Assembly (NCBI GenBank): GCA_017516865.1
Contig: JAFXAU010000020.1
Coordinates: forward strand, 57,711 to 121,710
From: Bacteroidales bacterium
GTDB taxonomy: Bacteria > Bacteroidota > Bacteroidia > Bacteroidales > UBA1715
Direction of reading: 5' to 3'
Length of the DNA stretch: 64,000 nt
Each line of letters opens with the position of its first letter. The first letter of the stretch is position 1. Both the position numbers and the translations under genes were made by a program. Positions 58,110-64,000 of this stretch are shown here, piece by piece. A model generated the notes under the pieces. The model was given only the letters and a program-made list of their open reading frames with translations, was not told the origin of the DNA and ran no database searches.

Positions 58110-61100
58110 ATGGGGGAAAAGTTTAAGGAATATTCTGAATTAAACCTTTCAAAGGTTGGAAAAGATGTCTTGCAAAAATGGCTTGACGACGATACATTTT
58201 CCAAAAGCGTATCAACACGCGAAGGACATAAATCATTTGTGTTTTTCGAAGGACCTCCTTCGGCTAACGGTCTTCCAGGAATTCACCACGTGATGGCGCG
58301 AACCATTAAGGATTCTGTGTGCCGTTATAAAACCATGCAAGGTTACCAAGTTCACCGTAAGGCTGGCTGGGATACGCATGGACTCCCTGTGGAACTCGGT
58401 GTTGAAAAAGAATTAGGCATCACGAAAGAAGATATTGGCTCAAAAATCAGTGTTGAAGAATACAACAATGCGTGTCGCAGCAATGTGATGAAATACACAA
58501 GCCAGTGGGAAAACCTTACGCAACGCATGGGGTACTGGGTTGATATGAAGAATCCGTATATCACATACGATAACAAGTACATTGAAACATTGTGGTATCT
58601 GCTCAAGGAATTGTACAAGAAAGGTTTATTGTACAAAGGCTACACAATTCAGCCATATTCTCCAGCGGCAGGAACGGGATTGAGTTCGCACGAGTTGAAC
58701 CAGCCGGGCTGTTACCGTGATGTAAAAGATACGACTTGTGTCGGACAATTCAAGGCAATCCGCAACGAGGCGAGCGAATGGCTTTACAAAGACGTTACGA
58801 CAGATTTGTATTTCCTCGCATGGACGACAACGCCGTGGACACTTTCGTCGAACACCGCTTTGTGCGTCGGCGAAAAAATCAATTATTTGAAAGTTCGTAC
58901 ATTTAATCCATACACGGGAATTCCTGTGACTGTCATACTTGCCAAAGACAGACTATCGGCTTATTTCAATGAGAAAGGGCAAGATGCCGATTTCAACGCA
59001 TACAATGTTGGCGACAAAGTTGTTCCGTATCAAATTCTTGATGAATTCAACGGGAAACAACTCATCGGAATCAAATACGAACAATTACTTCCGTGGATTA
59101 AGATTGACGGCAAATCGTTCGAGGTGATTTCTGGCGATTACGTAACTACCGAAGACGGTACGGGTATTGTACATATTGCTCCGACATTCGGTGCCGACGA
59201 TGCTTTCGTGGCAAAAAAATACGGAATTGCGGGCTGTATGGTTATCGATAAGAACGGAAAGGAATCTCCGCTTGTTGACAAGCAAGGCCGTATGTTCCCG
59301 ATAGAAAACATGTCGCCTGAATTTGTTGCAAATAATGTGAATGTTGACTTGTACAAAATCTATTCGGGACGATATGTCAAGAATGCGTTTGACGACACGC
59401 TTACCGAAAACGATGCGACGTTGGACATTGACTTGTGCGTTGAATTGAAAAAAGATAACAAGACATTCAAAGTTGAAAAACACGTCCACAATTATCCGCA
59501 CTGCTGGAGAACTGACAAACCAATCATCTACTATCCACTTGACTCATGGTTCATTAAAACACCTGAATTGAAGGAGCGGATGATGGAACTGAACAACACA
59601 ATCAATTGGAAACCAGCGTCGACGGGTTCGGGACGATTTGGCAAATGGCTGGAAAACTTGAACGATTGGAACCTTTCTCGTTCTCGTTTCTGGGGAACGC
59701 CGCTTCCAATTTGGATGACAGAAGACAAAACCGAAGAAAAGTGCATCGGCTCGTTGGAAGAATTGAAAAACGAAATTGATTTGTCTATCAAGACTGGATT
59801 TATGAAGGAAAATCCGTTGAAAGATTTCGTCGTTGGTGATTTTTCAAAGGAAAACTACAATAAATTCGACATTCACCGCCCATACGTTGACAATATTATT
59901 CTTGTTTCGCCGAAAGGTCAGAAGATGTACCGCGAAACGGATATTATCGATGTTTGGTTTGATTCTGGTTCGATGCCGTACGCGCAAATTCACTATCCTT
60001 TTGAAAACAAAGAAACGTTCAAGACTGTGTTTCCTGCGGATTTCATTGCCGAAGGTGTTGACCAAACACGTGGTTGGTTCTTCACACTTCATGCAATTGC
60101 AACGATGTTGTTTGACAGTGTCGCTTTCAAAAATGTGATTTCCAATGGATTAGTCCTCGATAAAAACGGCAATAAAATGTCGAAACGTCTTGGCAACGCA
60201 ATAGACCCGTTCAAGGAAATTGAAGAACAAGGCGCCGACCCAGTTCGTTGGTATATGATTACAAATTCGTCTCCATGGGACAATTTGAAATACGATACCG
60301 ATGGAATTGAAGAAATCAAACGTAAATTTTTCGGTACGTTGTACAACACGTATTCGTTCTTCTCGCTCTATGCAAATCTCGACAATTTTGCAATGCAGGA
60401 AGCTCCTGTTCCGAACGACCAACGTCCCGAAATTGACCGTTGGATTCTGTCATTATTAAATACATTGATTAAAAATGTGACAGAACAATACGACAATTTT
60501 GAGCCGACAAAGGCGGGCCGAATGATTCAAGATTTCGTAATCGACAATTTGAGCAACTGGTACGTCCGTCTGTCGAGAAAACGTTTCTGGAAAGGCGAAA
60601 AGAACACCGACAAGATTTCTGCTTATCAGACATTATATACTTGTTTGGAGACGGTCTCAATGCTCATGGCGCCAATTGCTCCGTTCTTTGCCGACCAGTT
60701 ATTCTGCGACCTTAACAAAGTGACGAAACGCTTCAACGTCAGTTCAGTTCACTTGGCTACGTTCCCAAAAGCCGACGAGTCGCAAATAGACACGACTTTG
60801 GAAACAAGAATGGAACTTGCACAAAATATTTCGTCGATGATTCTTGCTCTGCGAAGAAAAGTTGCAATAAAAGTGAGACAACCGCTTCAAAGAATCATCA
60901 TTCCTATCTTGAACGATGAATTTGAACAAAACATCAAGGCTGTTGAAAATATTATCAAGGCAGAAGTAAATATCAAAGAGATTGATTTGCTGAAAGATGC
61001 TTCGCAAGTACTTGTAAAAACTATCAAGCCGAATTTCAAGGCCTTAGGTCCGAAATGCGGAAAATCGATGAAGGAAGTGGCTGCACAAATCACGGCATTC

Positions 61101-61544
61101 AGCAACGAGGAGATTTATGAATTTGAACAGACTGGTTCAAAAACAATTGTTGTGAATGGTCAAACCATCGATTTGACACTCGACGATGTGACAATCATTT
61201 CCAAGGATATTCCAGGTTGGGAAGTCGCAAACGAAGGTCATTTGACAGTTGCTTTGGATACGACGTTGACAGAAGAATTGAAATTTGAAGGAATCGCACG
61301 CGAGTTTGTCAACAGAATTCAAAATCTGCGTAAAGACAGTGGTTTCGACGTGACCGACAAAATCATTCTTACAATCCAGAAACACGACGCAATCAATCAG
61401 GCTATTGAAAAACACAAGAGCTACATTGCTTCGGAAACACTTTGTAATGATATTCAGTTAGTCGATGCGATTAACTGCGACGACAAAAAGTTAGTCGACA
61501 TTGATGCTGATATTCAAACATATATGACAATTCAAAAAGTTTAA
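58110..61544 (+). CDS. ileS: Isoleucine--tRNA ligase (type 2, long form)
   Basis: GPPSANGLPGIHHV (HIGH), KMSKRLGN (KMSKS), and a CP1 editing domain (WTTTPWTL). ATG 58110 preferred over TTG 58095. Confidence 0.97.
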   Translation: MGEKFKEYSELNLSKVGKDVLQKWLDDDTFSKSVSTREGHKSFVFFEGPPSANGLPGIHHVMARTIKDSVCRYKTMQGYQVHRKAGWDTHGLPVELGVEKELGITKEDIGSKISVEEYNNACRSNVMKYTSQWENLTQRMGYWVDMKNPYITYDNKYIETLWYLLKELYKKGLLYKGYTIQPYSPAAGTGLSSHELNQPGCYRDVKDTTCVGQFKAIRNEASEWLYKDVTTDLYFLAWTTTPWTLSSNTALCVGEKINYLKVRTFNPYTGIPVTVILAKDRLSAYFNEKGQDADFNAYNVGDKVVPYQILDEFNGKQLIGIKYEQLLPWIKIDGKSFEVISGDYVTTEDGTGIVHIAPTFGADDAFVAKKYGIAGCMVIDKNGKESPLVDKQGRMFPIENMSPEFVANNVNVDLYKIYSGRYVKNAFDDTLTENDATLDIDLCVELKKDNKTFKVEKHVHNYPHCWRTDKPIIYYPLDSWFIKTPELKERMMELNNTINWKPASTGSGRFGKWLENLNDWNLSRSRFWGTPLPIWMTEDKTEEKCIGSLEELKNEIDLSIKTGFMKENPLKDFVVGDFSKENYNKFDIHRPYVDNIILVSPKGQKMYRETDIIDVWFDSGSMPYAQIHYPFENKETFKTVFPADFIAEGVDQTRGWFFTLHAIATMLFDSVAFKNVISNGLVLDKNGNKMSKRLGNAIDPFKEIEEQGADPVRWYMITNSSPWDNLKYDTDGIEEIKRKFFGTLYNTYSFFSLYANLDNFAMQEAPVPNDQRPEIDRWILSLLNTLIKNVTEQYDNFEPTKAGRMIQDFVIDNLSNWYVRLSRKRFWKGEKNTDKISAYQTLYTCLETVSMLMAPIAPFFADQLFCDLNKVTKRFNVSSVHLATFPKADESQIDTTLETRMELAQNISSMILALRRKVAIKVRQPLQRIIIPILNDEFEQNIKAVENIIKAEVNIKEIDLLKDASQVLVKTIKPNFKALGPKCGKSMKEVAAQITAFSNEEIYEFEQTGSKTIVVNGQTIDLTLDDVTIISKDIPGWEVANEGHLTVALDTTLTEELKFEGIAREFVNRIQNLRKDSGFDVTDKIILTIQKHDAINQAIEKHKSYIASETLCNDIQLVDAINCDDKKLVDIDADIQTYMTIQKV

Positions 61545-61564
61545 CCCTGTAATTCGAAATCATT

Positions 61565-61984
61565 ATGAGCACAGAAAAGAACGGACAAAATGAACCTGCA
61601 GTAAGATACTCCGATGCAGAATTAGAAGAGTTCAAACAAATAATCTTGGAAAAGCTTGAAAAGGCAAACCGCGATTATGAGCAATTGAAAAAATCTATCC
61701 AATACCTTGACGGAAACGACATTCAAGACACGTCGCCTACATTCAAAATGTTCGAAGAAGGTGCGTCTAATCTGTCGAAAGAGGAAACAGGCAAATTGGC
61801 TGAACGTCAGGAAAAGTTCATCAAACACTTGAAAGAAGCCCTTATTCGTATTGAAAACAAGACTTATGGTATTTGTCGCGAAACGGGAAAACTAATTCCG
61901 AAAGAAAGACTTCGTGCCGTTCCTCATGCAACATTAAGTATTGACGCGAAACAGTCTGAAAAGAAAAAGAGTCCGTTGCTATGA
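61565..61984 (+). CDS. DksA/TraR-family protein with a degenerate zinc finger
   Basis: 139 aa. Coiled-coil N-terminal part, then YGICRETGKLIPKERLRAVPHATLSIDAK. Only one of the four canonical Cys positions is a Cys. Located between ileS and lspA. Confidence 0.7.
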   Translation: MSTEKNGQNEPAVRYSDAELEEFKQIILEKLEKANRDYEQLKKSIQYLDGNDIQDTSPTFKMFEEGASNLSKEETGKLAERQEKFIKHLKEALIRIENKTYGICRETGKLIPKERLRAVPHATLSIDAKQSEKKKSPLL

Positions 61985-62589
61985 AAAAACAACATTGGGC
62001 AATTTTTTTAGTGGTGCTAATCTTGGTTATTGATCAGATAACCAAGATTTTAGTGAAAACCACTATGCATTTAGATGAAATGATACCTGTCATTGGTGAC
62101 AGAATTTTCATCTATTTTGTAGAAAATCCCGGATTCGCCTTTGGAATGAGTTTTGGAGGCGTATGGGGAAAAATTGCCCTTACCATGTTTCGACTTGTAG
62201 CATCAATAATCATAGGCGTTTACATACACAAACTCGTCAAACGCGATGCTCCGCTCGGAGTTATTCTCGGCATGAGTGCAATATTGGCTGGAGCGGCGGG
62301 AAACATCGTCGACAGTGCTTTTTATGGATTGATTTTCAACGAAAGTACATACGGGACAGTTGCAGAAATGTTTTCAGAATCAGGCGGTTATGCGCCATTC
62401 CTTCAAGGTCGCGTTGTCGATATGATTTACTGTCCTGTCCTACGGGGAACATTCCCAGAATGGTTTCCGATATGGAGTGGGGAACCATTCACGTTCTTTA
62501 AACCAATATTCAATATTGCCGACTGTGCAATTACAATAGGTGTGTTTTATCTTCTTATTTTTGAACATAAGTTTTTTAAGGACGCATAA
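61981..62589 (+). CDS. lspA: Lipoprotein signal peptidase II
   Basis: 202 aa, four TM segments. ENPGFAFGM and FNIADCAITIG blocks. ATGA overlap with the upstream gene. Confidence 0.9.
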   Translation: MKKQHWAIFLVVLILVIDQITKILVKTTMHLDEMIPVIGDRIFIYFVENPGFAFGMSFGGVWGKIALTMFRLVASIIIGVYIHKLVKRDAPLGVILGMSAILAGAAGNIVDSAFYGLIFNESTYGTVAEMFSESGGYAPFLQGRVVDMIYCPVLRGTFPEWFPIWSGEPFTFFKPIFNIADCAITIGVFYLLIFEHKFFKDA

Positions 62590-62678
62590 CTAAATGTATT
62601 TCATTACTCTATAAAAAAAGGAACTCAGAATTTTTAAAATAAACAGAGATTCCATAACTTTGGTACAAATTTTTGAAT

Positions 62679-64000
62679 TATGCAAGAAAGACCAAACGGG
62701 GAAAAATCCCATAAAAAATGGTACATTATATTATGGTGCTGCATTCTTGTCCCAATGCTTTTTGCCATAATACTATTTTCACTCATTTCTGCCGGGAAAT
62801 TAGGATTTATGCCGACGATTGAGGAACTCGAAAACCCACAGACAAAGTTGGCGACAAACATCATCAGTGCCGACGGTGTGCAAATGGGAACGTTTTTCAA
62901 AGAAAATCGTATCGAGTGTGCATACGAAGACCTTCCTCCATACTTGGTTGATGCACTTATTTCAACAGAAGACGCTCGCTTTTTGAATCATTCTGGTGTA
63001 GATTACAGAGGCTTGTTCCGTGTGGCTTTCAAGACAGTTTTAGGCGGAAATAAGAATTCTGGAGGTGGTAGTACCATTTCTCAGCAATTGGCAAAACTTT
63101 TGTTCCCGCGCGAGAAATTCGACAACACTGTAGACATAGTTCTTCGTAAATTGCGTGAATGGGTAATTGCAATAAAGTTGGAAAAAGCCTATACAAAGGA
63201 AGAAATCATTACGCTCTATCTTAACAAATTTGATTTTCTTCATAATGCGAACGGCATTAAAATGGCTTCGGAAGTCTATTTCAGCAAAGAACCAAGCCAA
63301 CTTAAAATAGAGGAAGCGGCAATGTTGATTGGTCAGTTGAAAAATCCTGCGTTGTTTAATCCAAGAAGAAATCCCGATACGGTTAAAGTTCGTCGTAATG
63401 TGGTTCTCAGTCAAATGGTTCGCTACGATAAACTGAGCAAAGCCGAATACGATTCATTGAAAGAATTGCCTTTGGAGCTGAAATTTAAAATAATAGACCA
63501 CACAAACGGTATTGCTCCATATTTTAGAGAATGGCTTCGTACAACGATGACGGCCAAAAAACCAGAACGGAAAAATTATTGGAGTGGAGAAATGTATACT
63601 CGCGATTCCATTCTATGGGAAACAAGTTCGCTCTATGGCTGGTGCAATAAAAACGAAAAATCGCCAGGTGTGTATTACAATCTTTATAGTGATGGCCTAC
63701 GCATTTATACGACCTTGGATTCCCGTATGCAGGAATATGCCGAGAATGCTGTAAGAAAGCACATGTCGGAAAATGTTCAACCCGCATTTTTCAACGAAAA
63801 TAAGAAAAATCCTAAAGCTCCGTTTGCATCAAACCTTACAACGGACGAATACAACGCGCGTGTAAAAGCATCTATCAAACAATGCGAACGCTATCAAACA
63901 ATGGGTGGAAAATCCATGAGTTGGGACGAAGTAATGGAAGTTTTCAACAAGCCTGTTCCGACTACCTTATTCTCGTGGAACGGAGCTATCGACACTGTTA
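62679..64000 (+). CDS. Class A penicillin-binding protein (PBP1A-type); N-terminal glycosyltransferase part, with the 3' end outside the window
   Basis: Not in the ORF track because there is no stop in the window. Hand translation from ATG 62679 gives MQERPNGEKSHKKWYIILWCCILVPMLFAIILF... with GT51 motifs STEDARFLNHSGVD, GGSTISQQLAK, RKLREW and KEEIITLYLN. Confidence 0.88.

Noticed and set aside
1-64000. Search for rRNA, tRNA, CRISPR arrays, transposases, integrases and phage genes.
   Set aside because: All intergenic gaps are under about 235 nt and none shows a cloverleaf-like or repeat-spacer organisation. No ORF has transposase or integrase hallmarks. This scan was by eye only, so a small ncRNA could have been missed.

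Overview
This is a gene-dense 64-kb chromosomal segment with about 50 protein genes and short intergenic gaps. By eye I found no rRNA, tRNA, CRISPR array, transposase or integrase. It looks like a Bacteroidota (Bacteroidales-type) genome of roughly 40% G+C. The supporting signals are TAnnTTTG promoter boxes 13-70 nt upstream of several starts, T9SS/gliding-associated genes (PorP/SprF-like, GldJ-like, DUF4835), the gene orders bamD-rpoZ-coaBC-DUF4835-recN and mutL-rhomboid-rhomboid-EEP, and signal peptides cleaved before Gln.

Most genes are housekeeping: lpxD, proB, hisB, xth, murF, ugd, mutL, holB, alaS, recN, nadB, purN, acpP-fabF-rnc, mdh, prfB, recX, ilvC, uvrB, ileS, lspA and a PBP1A. Two genes run off the window edges and are missing from the ORF track: an acyltransferase at 1..1160 (-) and PBP1A at 62679..64000 (+).

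Unusual or accessory content:
1. An AT-rich two-gene type II restriction-modification cassette (SPPY beta-class methyltransferase plus an MvaI/BcnI-like endonuclease) sits between xth and a histidine phosphatase.
2. A 1201-aa C10 (streptopain-like) cysteine peptidase is fused to nine Listeria-Bacteroides-type repeats. It carries a CBM-like insertion and an internal recent duplication, and related palindromic hairpins lie on both sides of the gene.
3. coaBC is split by a frameshift inside an A10 run.
4. prfB has the classical +1 programmed frameshift, which the ORF track splits.
5. A two-propeller periplasmic sensor is fused to a SpoIIE/PP2C phosphatase and overlaps (ATGA) a UbiD-family decarboxylase gene.
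6. An active rhomboid is followed by a catalytically dead rhomboid.
7. A G9 homopolymer lies inside the PorP-like gene.

I do not see a convincing novel multi-gene system. The items above are the best candidates, and each is graded as such in the findings.
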